Of a stretch of 64,000 nt of DNA, positions 53,692 to 64,000 are shown piece after piece. The translations under genes and the position numbers were made by a program. The notes below the pieces were generated by a model. That model ran no database searches. It was not told the DNA's origin and saw only the letters and a list, made by a program, of their open reading frames with translations. The stretch's first letter is position 1. Each line of letters opens with the position of its first letter. The stretch comes from Clostridiales bacterium (GTDB lineage: Bacteria; Bacillota; Dehalobacteriia; UBA7702). Location: positions 45,346 to 109,345 of the forward strand of contig JAXGQI010000001.1 of assembly GCA_040766525.1 (NCBI GenBank), given 5' to 3'.

Positions 53692-54921
53692 TTATTCAGC
53701 CGTAAAGGGCATAATCAAGAAATGTTCAAAGCTGTCAACGGTAATAGTATCAAAGGAATCCGGATAGAAGAACTCCGCCATTTCCACATATTTCCCATCG
53801 ATATTATGATAAGAATTCCAATAATCGTCCGTAATCTGGAGAACATTGCCTTCAGCCATACAGGAAAGATCTGCCAACACCGGAAGCTGATCAATGATGG
53901 ACTGAATATCCGCCCCATATTTCGGCATCCCTCTGTTAATGAAGATATCCGCATCACTCATGCGAGCATAGAACTCTTCCGCCGTAATGGTTGTAACCCC
54001 ATCAACACCAACGCCGATATCATCAAACACATATTCCCCACCGCAATCCCGGACCATTTGCGCGCTGCTCGATCCGGCATTCTCAACATAAATCGTGCCA
54101 TTGACAACAATGCCCCAACCGACTTTTACTTTGGATTCTGCATCAATCCCGGCAGTCGCTTCCATGATTCCGTCAATATTGGCCATGGCAGCATCGAAAT
54201 ACTCTTCCGCTTCAATTTCTAAGTTATAGAAGGCGGCAAAAAACTTCACCCATTCCATGATTCCCCGGTAATCACTTTCGGAACTGGAACCGTCAAATAC
54301 ATAAGGAATACCGGCTTCATCCAGCATTGCCATCAATTCAACCTGTTCTGTGCCCATCCCCGCATTGGTGAAAACCACATTGGGAAGCAAAGCCTGTACG
54401 ATCTCATAATCATAACTGGTCGACATGGTCGTATTGCTGCCGACGTCTACGATCTGGCCGCTTTGCATCCGGGTACGCATCGCATCAAAATCCCAATCCT
54501 CTTCGGTTGCCCGCACGCCGACGATGCTATCATATAAATCTTCATCAGAGAAGGCTCTCAAATAGCCGACTTGGGTCGTGCTGGAAGAGATCACATTGCT
54601 GATCGGAATGGTAAGCGCCGTCAGATCGGCATATTCTTCAGGAGCGGTTTGCCCTTCTTGCAAAAGCAGTACCTGGCTCCCCTGGCCATCCGTAACCAAT
54701 TTCATACCGTCTTCAAGATATTCAATACTAAAATTCGTTGCATAAGATAATTCCATCGTACTGCCTGCCGGATACTTGGCAATAACATCTTCCACACTGC
54801 CGCCATATACGGAATCCCCACTTACGTTCACGGCGTCTTCCGCACAACCGGTGAATAAGACGGCAGTCAAACCCACCATGCATAAGATGGCCCCAAGGCA
54901 TTTAAATAACCTTTTTTTCAT
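53692..54921 (-). CDS. btuF: BtuF/FecB-like periplasmic substrate-binding lipoprotein (corrinoid/siderophore type ABC)
   Basis: Lipobox LFTGCAED, class III SBP fold similarity; 409 aa. Confidence 0.7.
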   Translation of the reverse strand: MKKRLFKCLGAILCMVGLTAVLFTGCAEDAVNVSGDSVYGGSVEDVIAKYPAGSTMELSYATNFSIEYLEDGMKLVTDGQGSQVLLLQEGQTAPEEYADLTALTIPISNVISSSTTQVGYLRAFSDEDLYDSIVGVRATEEDWDFDAMRTRMQSGQIVDVGSNTTMSTSYDYEIVQALLPNVVFTNAGMGTEQVELMAMLDEAGIPYVFDGSSSESDYRGIMEWVKFFAAFYNLEIEAEEYFDAAMANIDGIMEATAGIDAESKVKVGWGIVVNGTIYVENAGSSSAQMVRDCGGEYVFDDIGVGVDGVTTITAEEFYARMSDADIFINRGMPKYGADIQSIIDQLPVLADLSCMAEGNVLQITDDYWNSYHNIDGKYVEMAEFFYPDSFDTITVDSFEHFLIMPFTAE

Positions 54922-54953
54922 CGTTTACATTCCTCCCTGTTTTCCCTAAATAT

Positions 54954-56080
54954 TTAATTTTTATTTAATGCAATTGCAACCATCGTAACGATAGTTACAA
55001 AACGATCCAGCATAAAATCGATGCAAGCCTCTGGTTCCGTCCAAGACCCTTCTTGCGCTTGCCATTCGATGGAATAGGTTGCCGCGATCTGCCCCAGAAT
55101 CATCTCTCCTCCGATCACCGTTTCGTTAAGCGAGAGTAAGCCCCATTGTAATTGATCCAGCAAATGTACGAATAATGAAGTATAGATAACCATTTCTTTA
55201 TTGCCGTCGAGCAAATGGAGCTGATGGACAAAGTCAGCCTTGGCCATGTTCACATCCGGGAACTGATCCAATTTATCGCAAAACGCTTTCTCGGCAACTT
55301 GGTATCTTTTCAAGCGTGCCCCAATACTGTGCTGGCTTTTTGCCGATAAACCCATATGGAGATGCAGAGATTCCTTGACCGCCGCCATCACCGTCTTGCC
55401 GATCAATTCTCCCAATTTCCCATGTTTCCCCGCATATGTCAGAACATTGTCGGATTCCCCGTTTGCAATAATCATGACATTATCGGTTCCGGATCCGGTG
55501 GCAATGCCGGAAGAATACAAACTGCCTGCGATCAACTCTGAAGAGCCGCCGTTTTTGCTTCCGTTGCCGTAACGATGGCCCGGGCCATACAACCGGGGGT
55601 CATATCGGCATTCGCAAAAACCATCATATTGATCGTTCCCGGCCGTAAGCTGACGCTGCTGCCATGCTTTTCATAACTTGTCGCCGCTTCACCCACACGA
55701 CCTCCGTTCACTTCAAGGCTGGCGGTCACGATTGCGGTAACCGTCAACACATCGTATGTCATGCTCTTGATCACGGCGCTTTCCATCGATACGATCGTCG
55801 CCATATAGGCCACAGATTCATAATCAAGCCCCAAATCTTCTTGAACAAATCTCTTGATTTTCTCTTCAGCGCCGGGCTGGCAATATTCGCAAGGCATCCC
55901 GGGGCCGGGATTCACATCGCGGTTAAATACCGCCGTCAGATCTTCACGATAGCCGCCATTATGCATGGAAGTGCTCATCACCTTGCGTTTTCCCTCAAAA
56001 GGAACGACGATACAGCGCCTAAAACGATGAATCGGATCCCCCGTGGCTAATACATCAATCATCATGTGCAATCCCTCCAT
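54954..56080 (-). pseudogene. cbiZ: CbiZ-like adenosylcobinamide amidohydrolase with an extra C-terminal domain; one frameshift near 55560
   Basis: The N-terminal half (ORF 55532..56080: MSTSMHNGGYREDL...) and the C-terminal half (ORF 54954..55592: DNVMIIANGESDNVLTYAGKHGKLGELIG...) are in different frames. Confidence 0.55.
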
Positions 56081-57286
56081 TTATTGTTGTTTGTCATTTA
56101 AGATCATCCCGATCAATGTATGCAGATTTGAACAACATACAACTTTGGCCGCTGCCGCGCCGAAGCGTCTGCTCATTTCCTCCGCAGGACAAAGGGAGAA
56201 TACTTTTTTGCCGCAAGCAACCGCATTGTTTAATAAATCCAAGTTGCCCTGATTATTATTCCCCAAGGGGAAACCCGTATCGATCACATGATCGACCGAA
56301 GCGATTTTATCCGCCGCGATTGCCAAACTTTCCGCACTGATATTATGAAACGCATGCTCCTCGATCATTTCGCAATTCAGTGCCTTGCCAATGTGGAGAT
56401 CAATATCATTGCTGTGCAAAACACCGCAGTACATCCCCAATCCGGCGCGGGCCAACGCCCGATAAACGCTGACGCCGGTTCCGTTCCCGCCGGTGACAAA
56501 AACTTCCGGTTTTTGGGGACTGTTAAATTCCAAACTACCCATCAATTCATTGTAATGAGCGCCTTCAATCGCATAAAGTTTTTGGATAGTTCCGGCTTGA
56601 ATGATTTCCTCCGGGGTTCCCTGAGCCACAATCTTCCCGTTTTGAACCAATAAAATCGTCTGGCAGCCCTTGATCGCCAAATCGATATCGTGTAAGGATA
56701 AGACCACGGTGATCCCCTTTTTCACACACAATTCCTGGAGGATCCGGATCACTTCCACTTTGTGCTTGACATCGAGATGGCTTGTGGGTTCATCCAAAAC
56801 AATTAGTTCCGGCTCTTGCACAAGGGCACGGGCGATCATGATCTTCTGCTTTTCCCCATCGCTTAGCTCAGAATAATACCGATCTTTCAGCCATAGGGCA
56901 TCCGTCGCCGCCAAGGCCTCCTCGACAATTTGAATATCGTGCTCCGTCAGCTTACCGAGATAATTGGTGTGGGGATAGCGGCCCATTGCGGCGATCTCAA
57001 AGACGGTGAGAAAGCCCAAGGATAACTGTTCCGTCAAGACGATGGCCAGTTTCTTCGCCAAATCCCCTTTATTAACCTGAAGCAAATCGGTCTCGTTCAC
57101 ATAGACCGTTCCGTTTACCGGCGCAAGCAAGCCTGTCAATGTTCTGAGAATCGTCGATTTCCCTGCGCCGTTCGGGCCCAAAAGACAAATCAGCTGGCCC
57201 CGGATCCCATTGATGTTGACATTCTCCACAACAACTTTCTTCTCATAACCAACGTCCAGGTTTTTTGCGACAATGACTTGATTCAT
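56081..57286 (-). CDS. btuD: BtuD/FecE-like ABC ATP-binding protein with a ~150-aa C-terminal extension of unknown function
   Basis: Walker A GPNGAGKST, LSDGEKQK signature, ILDEPTSHLD; 401 aa. Confidence 0.8.
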   Translation of the reverse strand: MNQVIVAKNLDVGYEKKVVVENVNINGIRGQLICLLGPNGAGKSTILRTLTGLLAPVNGTVYVNETDLLQVNKGDLAKKLAIVLTEQLSLGFLTVFEIAAMGRYPHTNYLGKLTEHDIQIVEEALAATDALWLKDRYYSELSDGEKQKIMIARALVQEPELIVLDEPTSHLDVKHKVEVIRILQELCVKKGITVVLSLHDIDLAIKGCQTILLVQNGKIVAQGTPEEIIQAGTIQKLYAIEGAHYNELMGSLEFNSPQKPEVFVTGGNGTGVSVYRALARAGLGMYCGVLHSNDIDLHIGKALNCEMIEEHAFHNISAESLAIAADKIASVDHVIDTGFPLGNNNQGNLDLLNNAVACGKKVFSLCPAEEMSRRFGAAAAKVVCCSNLHTLIGMILNDKQQ

Positions 57287-58341
57287 AATTCATTCTTCTT
57301 TCTTAATAACAGATAAACGACGATCGGGGCCCCGATCAATGATGTAATCGCGCTAAGCGGCAATTCGATCGGGGATAACAGCATTCTAGCGCCAAAGTCA
57401 CATAAAGCTGTCATAAAGGCCCCGGCAACGATAACGCCCGGTATCAAAATGCGGTTGTCGGATGTTTTGAATATGATCCTCACCATGTGCGGCACGGCAA
57501 GCCCCACGAAGGAGATCGGTCCGGCAAAAGCCGTGATGCCGGCAGTGAGAATACTGGAGATGATGATAATCACGACCCGAAACCGCTTAATATTCACCCC
57601 CATAGAAATCGCATAATTCTCTCCGAACAACAACGCATTCAAAGGTTTACTGAGGAAAAATGATAGGAGCACAAAAGGCCCCGCCAAAAAATAGAGATAT
57701 TTAACTTGTTCCCATGAGATACCGGAAAAGCTCCCCAATGTCCACATAACATAACCTGCGATCTGTTCCTTATCGGCAAAGGAAGTCAAAATACTCGTCA
57801 TCGCGCTGCAAATAAAGCCTGCCATAATCCCGATAATCAATAAGGTCGTCACATTCTTGACTTTTTTTGCGGCTAAAACCACAACGGCCATGATCAACAT
57901 CGCCCCCATGAAAGCGCCGAGGAACAGCACCATGGGGCTTGCATTGTTAAAACCAAAAGTGTAACCGCCCAAAATAACCAATCCGACAAATAAGCTGGCC
58001 CCGGAAGAAATCCCCAGTACATAAGGTTCCACAATCGGATTTCGAAAGAAAATCTGCAATAACAGCCCGGAAACAGATAAACACGCGCCGCCGATAATCG
58101 TCGCCAAAACCCGCGGCAACCGGATATCCATCACGATCGACGTAAATACCGGGTTCCCGACATCCATACCCAAAAGTATTTTCACGACCTTGGCGAAACT
58201 AATATTTACAGAGCCGATCGATATCCCCAAAATGCAGATAAAGACCGTCATTGCCGTTATGATCGTGATCATCAGCGCATAACCGCATTTTCTTTTTGCC
58301 ATCTCTTTCATGCTTTCTCTCTTTCCAGCAAACAAATCCAT
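57283..58341 (-). CDS. btuC: BtuC/FecCD-family ABC permease
   Basis: FecCD permease fold with about 9-10 TM helices; overlaps btuD by 4 nt. Confidence 0.8.
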   Translation of the reverse strand: MDLFAGKRESMKEMAKRKCGYALMITIITAMTVFICILGISIGSVNISFAKVVKILLGMDVGNPVFTSIVMDIRLPRVLATIIGGACLSVSGLLLQIFFRNPIVEPYVLGISSGASLFVGLVILGGYTFGFNNASPMVLFLGAFMGAMLIMAVVVLAAKKVKNVTTLLIIGIMAGFICSAMTSILTSFADKEQIAGYVMWTLGSFSGISWEQVKYLYFLAGPFVLLSFFLSKPLNALLFGENYAISMGVNIKRFRVVIIIISSILTAGITAFAGPISFVGLAVPHMVRIIFKTSDNRILIPGVIVAGAFMTALCDFGARMLLSPIELPLSAITSLIGAPIVVYLLLRKKNEL

Positions 58342-58360
58342 TGCTAAGGTTTTTTAAACA

Positions 58361-58399
58361 TAAAAAAAAGAAACACTCTGTTCTTCTGAGTGTTTCTTA
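58361..58399 (-). terminator. riboswitch-controlled intrinsic terminator immediately upstream of btuC
   Basis: Minus strand: AAGAAACACTC-AGAAGAACAG-AGTGTTTCTT followed by a T8 run. Confidence 0.7.
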
Positions 58400-58487
58400 A
58401 ATATTTATTTTGCTTTTGAATTCATATTACGGTATTGCCAAAAAATGCAAAAATAGCCACTACCCTACCCAGGAGAACTATCAAATC

Positions 58488-58620
58488 CGGCAGGTCTACC
58501 GACTGAACTTCATCCTACTCGGAAACCTTCCCATGCCCAAAGAGCACAGTGGTCATTATCCTTTCGTCCGTATCACGGTTGCTGGGACAGTACGGGATTT
58601 CCCGTTTCCCTATTAAGCAA
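58488..58620 (-). ncRNA. cobalamin (B12) riboswitch
   Basis: The minus strand reads AATAGGGAAACGGGAAATCCCGTACTGTCCCAGCAACCGTGA ... GACCACTGTGC (B12 box) ... GGGAAGG ... GATGAAGT ... AGTCGGTAGACCTGCCGG. This matches the remembered cobalamin riboswitch consensus. Confidence 0.8.
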
Positions 58621-58815
58621 ATGCACCGAATCACTATTTTTTTACAATTATAAACAAGTGTCCAAAAAAAATCAAGTCTTATTTGCTCTTTTTTTCAATA
58701 AGGCGGCGAAAAATGCAAATAATCAAACGCAGGTAAAATTTCACCACCCGCTAATGAGCCCCAGGAGATACGCTTCAATACGCAGGGGAAATCGTCTGCT
58801 GTTAATTCCAAATCC

Positions 58816-59950
58816 TTACTGTCGCCGACTGGTTTTATCTTTGTACATAATCTGGTCAGTAATTCGAACCAGCTCTTCCATTTTATATTTTACAGAGTGA
58901 TCGACATACAAAAGCCCATAACTCAGCGTAGTTAAATAGGGTTTATGAGAAGAGTATTCCATCAGTACCTGATCAACTCTTTTTATATAAGAATGCCCGA
59001 TATCATTTGTAGATTCAAGAATAACAAAGAATTCATCTCCTCCAAATCGGCAAACATAATCCTCAAAATTTGCGCTGGAGAGAAGAATTCTGGCAACATC
59101 CTTCAATACTTGGTCTCCGACAGTATGACCATAAATATCGTTAATATTCTTAAAATCGTTCACATCAATCATAATGGCAGTGAAGGGTTCCTGTGATTTT
59201 AATTTGTATTGAAGCCGGCTTTCCATTTGTATGCGGGAGTTCAACAGGGTCAGCGGATCTTTTAACAGTTCATTCCTTTCCACCAGCAGAAAACTGATGA
59301 ATATAGCAAGTGTATAAGCCGGAATACTTAAAGATAATCCGTAAAGAGCGTTTGCAGTAAAACTCCTATGACAGGAAGCAAAGTCAGGGCTAAAATAACT
59401 TGGGTAATTCGTCCTGTAATCATTTGTTTATTGCGGAAAAAACTTAGGACAATGATTGCGACAAACAGAAACGTAAACCCATTCCCAATATAAACTGCAA
59501 CCCCTCGATGATACACATTGACTAAGTCAATGCGAAAAAGAAAACCCATCGAAAAATAAGTTGTATATCACAAACCCGATATTGAGATATACCGGCGCCA
59601 GATAGAGGAAGAATTTCTTTTTGTTCTTCTCCTTGGATACAGATATGATATAGTCCAGATAGCAAAGACCGAGCGCTGCGGGTAAGGTGTTAAAGGAGAA
59701 GAAAGAGCATTACTCAAATAATGAAATGATCTTAAGGAGTCATTATTGGGAACGCCAATGATCCAAGCCACTGTTCAAACAAAGCCACTACGATTACAGA
59801 CAAAACAAACCATAGGAAAAGTCTTGTCGAATAACTTTGGCGAGATTTTTGTTTATATAGAAATACATACATAACTATGTTAATGATAATGCTAAATATC
59901 AACAGATCACTATATTCAATATTGTTTATATAAAACATATGAAATCCCCT
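58816..59950 (-). pseudogene. membrane-anchored GGDEF diguanylate cyclase, frameshifted
   Basis: GGDEF domain in ORF 58816..59283 (RFGGDEFFVILE); TM-rich N-terminal fragments in ORFs 59328..59549 and 59732..60010. Confidence 0.55.
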
Positions 59951-60198
59951 AACCGTCAGGCTTGCCCTGTCGCTGCAAACATAACTGTATAGTTTCAAAT
60001 ATTTTACCACATATGATGAAAAAAGGGTATAGCAATCTCAGCCGGATAAAATGCGTTATAATAGCTTCGGCGTCACCGGGTCGCTTCTTTCACATAGGCA
60101 TACACGTATAGATATTGAGATAACATTTTTCTCCCCACTGCGCATCTGTCCATGCTTTAAGCGGGCACAGACCAGCGTTTCCAATGTTCCAATCAGGT

Positions 60199-60227
60199 TT
60201 GATTAATTGCACATTCAATTGTATAAT
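60199..60227 (+). promoter_or_regulatory. sigma-70 promoter TTGATT-17-TATAAT for the EEP-family gene
   Basis: -35 at 60199..60204, 17 nt spacer, -10 at 60222..60227. Confidence 0.5.
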
Positions 60228-60331
60228 GTTATCAGTTGTATTTATTATCCTCTTGGGTTGGAGTTTGTGTGACAACTAAGCTTTACCAAACGACTCCGGA
60301 CGATGTCCATTTTTTGATAAGGAGACATATT

Positions 60332-61405
60332 ATGAAAAAATTTTTAAAAGTCATGGCTGCAATTATTTCCGTCATCATCATTGCCGCAATCGTTTATATC
60401 GCCTATGTTTTTATTGCCTATGACCGTATTGAAGACGAGCTGGCAATCGAGGTGGATCATACTTCTTCAGAAATCATACAAACAGATACGGAGTATACCC
60501 TGACGACATTTAACATCGGTTATGGCGCCTACAGTCCGGATTACAGTTTTTTTATGGATGGCGGCGAGTATGCCAGGGCATTAAGCGAGGATGATGTCAA
60601 TACAAATGTAGCCGGCGCCATTGAGATCATTTCTCAAATCGATCCGGATTTTGCGCTGTTCCAAGAGGTTGATATTGATGCCACAAGGAGTTACCACATT
60701 GATCAATATATGATGATGGAGGATGCCTTCCCAGATTTTTCTTCCGTTTTCGTAATGAACTATGATTCCCCCTATATATTTTATCCGCTATTAGAACCTA
60801 TCGGTAAATCAGTTTCCGGCATTGTGACCTTGTCAAAATATAAAATAAGCGCAGCGCTCCGCCGCAGCCTGCCGTTGGAATCGGGCTTTCGTAAGCTGCT
60901 CGACCTGGATCGTTGTTACAGTATTACCAGATTCCCGATAGCGAACGATCAGGAACTTGTTTTGATCAATGTTCATCTTTCCGCATTTACGGCTGACGTA
61001 ACAATCGGAGAAGCACAGCTTAAAATGCTTTTTGAGGACGCCCAACAGGAGGTTGACGCCGGTAATTATGTCATTATCGGCGGTGATTTTAACAAAGATT
61101 TATTTGGTAATTCACCTGAAATTTTCGGTACGACCAGAGAATTGCCGAACTGGGCAAAACCAATCAACGAAGAGTTGATCCCTGATTCCTTCGCCATTGT
61201 GCATCCGGAAAACGATGAAAATCTGGTTCCGACCCTTCGCTCCACCGAAACGGCCTATGTGGAAGGAGAATCTTTTGTAACCGTACTGGATGGATTTATC
61301 GTATCTACGAATGTCGAAGTCATCCATGAAGAACATATTGATGCCGGTTTTACCTATTCGGATCACAATCCGGTATTACTACGGTTTAAATTAACTTCGG
61401 ATTAA
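60332..61405 (+). CDS. membrane-anchored endonuclease/exonuclease/phosphatase (EEP) family protein
   Basis: N-terminal TM (VMAAIISVIIIAAIVYIAYVFIAY), EEP catalytic motifs (LTTFNIGYGA, GGDFN, SDHNPV); RBS AGGAGA. Confidence 0.7.
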   Translation: MKKFLKVMAAIISVIIIAAIVYIAYVFIAYDRIEDELAIEVDHTSSEIIQTDTEYTLTTFNIGYGAYSPDYSFFMDGGEYARALSEDDVNTNVAGAIEIISQIDPDFALFQEVDIDATRSYHIDQYMMMEDAFPDFSSVFVMNYDSPYIFYPLLEPIGKSVSGIVTLSKYKISAALRRSLPLESGFRKLLDLDRCYSITRFPIANDQELVLINVHLSAFTADVTIGEAQLKMLFEDAQQEVDAGNYVIIGGDFNKDLFGNSPEIFGTTRELPNWAKPINEELIPDSFAIVHPENDENLVPTLRSTETAYVEGESFVTVLDGFIVSTNVEVIHEEHIDAGFTYSDHNPVLLRFKLTSD

Positions 61406-61510
61406 TCCCCGTTGACCGGCTCATCGAAATGGACTTGAGTCAATGTTTTTTATTCATGTAGACAGTTAATATAATAATTGCGAACATAGCACAGACACTG
61501 CAACCAATCA

Positions 61511-61849
61511 TCAATAGATTGATATAAGTATAAGTATTATCTCCACCACAGTCCATGATTCTTCCAATGATGGGATGCATGATAACATCGGGAGAAAAAC
61601 CAATGAAAGAATAAATCCCACAGCAGTACCAAAAAGACTTTCCGGAATTTTACATTCAGTAAGCAAGGCAGAACTAATGCAGTAACTGCCATTCATGCAA
61701 AAGGCATATATTATAATCAAAATAGCGACCATAATGGTGAAAGGGGCCGTTCGAGGAAGTAGCGTCATAATTGTCATCAGTAAAATCATAAGAATGCAAG
61801 AACAGATTAATACACGAGAAGCCCGGAATTTTCTACCCAAATAGCCCAT
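61511..61849 (-). pseudogene. MFS-type transporter C-terminal fragment
   Basis: 112-aa hydrophobic ORF with MFS-like TM helices and no N-terminal half. Confidence 0.35.
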
Positions 61850-61872
61850 AACTGGGTCAGAAACCGTATTGA

Positions 61873-62346
61873 TACCATGGTTATATCAACAATGCGGATG
61901 GAGCATTAACCATTCAAGAATCTGAGGCTGAAGTTGTTAAGCTGATTTTTAATTTATATTTAAACGGTTATAGCATTAATGCCATTCGAAAAGAACTTCA
62001 GAAACGGAATATTAAATCCCCAACTGGTAATAATACCTGGAGCAAAAGAACTGTTGATACGTTATTACAAAATGAAAAGTATACAGGGGATGTCCTCGTT
62101 ATGAAAACCTACAGCGAAGGCTATCCAAAAAACAAACGCGTGGTTAATCATGGTGAACTGGATCAATATATTTCTTTAAATGCGCATCCAGCAATCATCT
62201 CGAAAGAACTGTTTGACAAAGCATGTGCCATGAGAGAAGAACGGAGTAATACCATTAAAGATACAAACGGCAGCAACATCAGAAAAACTACACGATACAG
62301 TATGAAAAAATCCGGAGTCGAAATAGACAAGCCAGATGTTGATTAG
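61873..62346 (+). pseudogene. 5'-truncated large serine recombinase (recombinase domain only)
   Basis: The frame opens right after a stop at 61870. The recombinase-domain motif block reads GYINNADGALTIQESEAEVVKLIFNLYLNGYSINAIRKELQKRNIKSPTGNNTWSKRTVDTLLQNEKYTGD. No resolvase catalytic domain is found upstream. Confidence 0.65.
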
Positions 62347-62707
62347 GCTAAGAAGATAAGTTGTATAGGCTAAATATTTTCATTACGCTATTTTTTTGAA
62401 AAAATACAACCTAATAAAATGTTATGTTGCCTTAAGCAACTTTGGACTTATGTGCCTGATACCCTGCGTTTTCAAGCAAATGTTCAACGATTTATTTGAA
62501 AAATGCACACCTTTGTCAAAAGTCAAACGATTACTTTTTTGAGATAAGTCACAAAAATCAAATTGCTTTATTGTTGTACAAAATATATAGACTTTCTAGA
62601 GAATATCTACGGGAAATATGAGGATAAACAGCAGCTTAAACCCTTTTTAGAATAAAAGAAAACCACCTATCGATAAAATACTTTTTATCAATTGATGGTA
62701 TTACTTT

Positions 62708-62783
<76 letters not shown>

Positions 62784-62852
62784 AAATTTTATTGACATGC
62801 GTGTCAACAAAAGATATTATAAACAATTCTCCGGCACTTGTCAAATGGAAAT

Positions 62853-63607
62853 TTACGAATTCCCTTTCTTCAATACGAAAATATTTTGGAATCTCGTCTC
62901 CCGCGCTGCCTCGTTAAAATACTCCTCCGCTGCCACCTCGTCCAAAGTAAAACCACTGGCACGAATCGCTTGGATCATCGTTTCTTCTTCCCAGATCCGC
63001 AGGCGATGGCACTCTTCTATCCGCTTATAACTGCCGTTTTTTCTTTTGATAAAGGCGTTCAAGGTCAAAAGGCAATAAGCGCCGCCCTCCTCTTGCCCAT
63101 CCCAAAGCAAAAAGTCCTCTCCGTGCTGCTCATAAAAAGTCCCATTAGCGACCAATTCCTCAAAGTAGGCGGGACTTTGCCAATTAAACAACAGATAGCC
63201 GCCGGGCTCAATAACCCGATAGGCCGAAGCCAAAAAGGCTTCCAAATCACCGGGCTCCGTCAGATGATGCACCGTATCTCCCCAAGAATAGGCGGCCCGA
63301 TAGGTATCTTCGGGCAGATGAAGATTACGCATATCGCCTTGTTCCACCTGTGCTTCAAGATTGCCGATCGCCAATTTTTCTTTCATGACCCGTACCATGG
63401 GGGCGGAAAGGTCAATCGCCGTCATTTGATAACCGTTTTGCGCCATATAGATGAGATGCGCGCCGGAACCGGCGCCGAGATCAAGATCGGTCCTCTTCGG
63501 CATCCCTTCGCCGTAAGGAAATCTGCGATCACCGCCGCCTCTCCGGCAGAATCCACAAAGGCCATAAAACGGTCATAATAGGGAGCTAGCGCACTGTAAT
63601 CTTTCAC
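62853..63607 (-). pseudogene. class I SAM-dependent methyltransferase (YqeM-like), one frameshift near 63500
   Basis: The N-terminus MKDYSALAPYYDRFMAFVDSAGE is in ORF 63422..63607; motif I DLGAGSG and the rest are in ORF 62853..63503. The rsfS-yqeM gene order is conserved in Firmicutes. Confidence 0.6.
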
Positions 63608-63963
63608 TTCGGCTCTCCGTTATCATTAAAATAGGTAAATTCCCCGTCGCCCCAAAGTCTTTCGAGTTTGAAATATTCCTTTTCTTCCGGCTGGAAAATA
63701 TGAATAATAACCGCGCCGTAATCCAATAGAATCCAACCACCGTTTTCATATCCCTCTTTACGTAAAGGCATGATGCCCGCCGCTTCCAGTTGATCCATGA
63801 TCTCATCGGCAATGGCTTGGGCTTGCAGCCTGTTCCTGGCTGAACACAGTAAAAAATATTCCGCAATCTCCGTGATCTTGGCAACATCAATCAGTAGGAT
63901 CTCCGTAGCTTTCTTCTCAACCATTGCGTCCTTTGCTTTATAAACGCTTTCCAATGTAGTCAA
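63604..63963 (-). CDS. rsfS: ribosomal silencing factor RsfS (Iojap)
   Basis: GGWILLDYGAVIIHIFQPEEKEYFKLERLWGD RsfS signature; 119 aa. Confidence 0.85.
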   Translation of the reverse strand: MTTLESVYKAKDAMVEKKATEILLIDVAKITEIAEYFLLCSARNRLQAQAIADEIMDQLEAAGIMPLRKEGYENGGWILLDYGAVIIHIFQPEEKEYFKLERLWGDGEFTYFNDNGEPK

Positions 63964-64000
63964 TGATGTTTCTTCCTTTCCTTTATCGATTTTTCCAATG

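Overview
Annotation and hunt for a 64 kb window of a low-GC Firmicutes/Clostridia-type anaerobe; nearly all genes lie on the minus strand. Organism cues are a CotH spore-coat protein gene, many c-di-GMP signalling genes, MttB-superfamily methyltransferases and corrinoid uptake genes. Content from start to end: a molybdenum-cofactor operon (MOSC-MogA fusion, moaA, moaC, MoeA-like); a frameshifted aldo/keto reductase with a Cys-rich C-terminal domain; a Fic protein and a tRNA; a c-di-AMP (ydaO-type) riboswitch in front of a dapB-like gene; several GGDEF/EAL/HD-GYP sensor proteins; a trimethylamine methyltransferase (mttB) with an in-frame amber codon at the conserved pyrrolysine position; a sigma-54 activator; a second MttB-superfamily gene without the amber codon (both methyltransferases have TGGCAC-N5-TTGCA promoters); a CotH/DUF4956/VTC triad; a degraded exopolysaccharide region with an IS5-family element; an IlvD/EDD dehydratase next to a LarA-like racemase; a hybrid histidine kinase to REC-PAS-GGDEF-EAL to PAS-GGDEF operon; and a roughly 14 kb operon behind a cobalamin riboswitch (btuC, btuD, cbiZ, btuF, cobN, chlD-like, ABC-2 exporter, chlI-like, radical SAM/SPASM). 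The window ends with an endonuclease/exonuclease/phosphatase-family gene, a truncated serine recombinase beside tRNA-Ala, and rsfS with a yqeM-like methyltransferase. About half of the conserved genes show frameshifts, many at homopolymer runs; this fits an indel-prone assembly better than mass pseudogenisation, and it qualifies every call made here.
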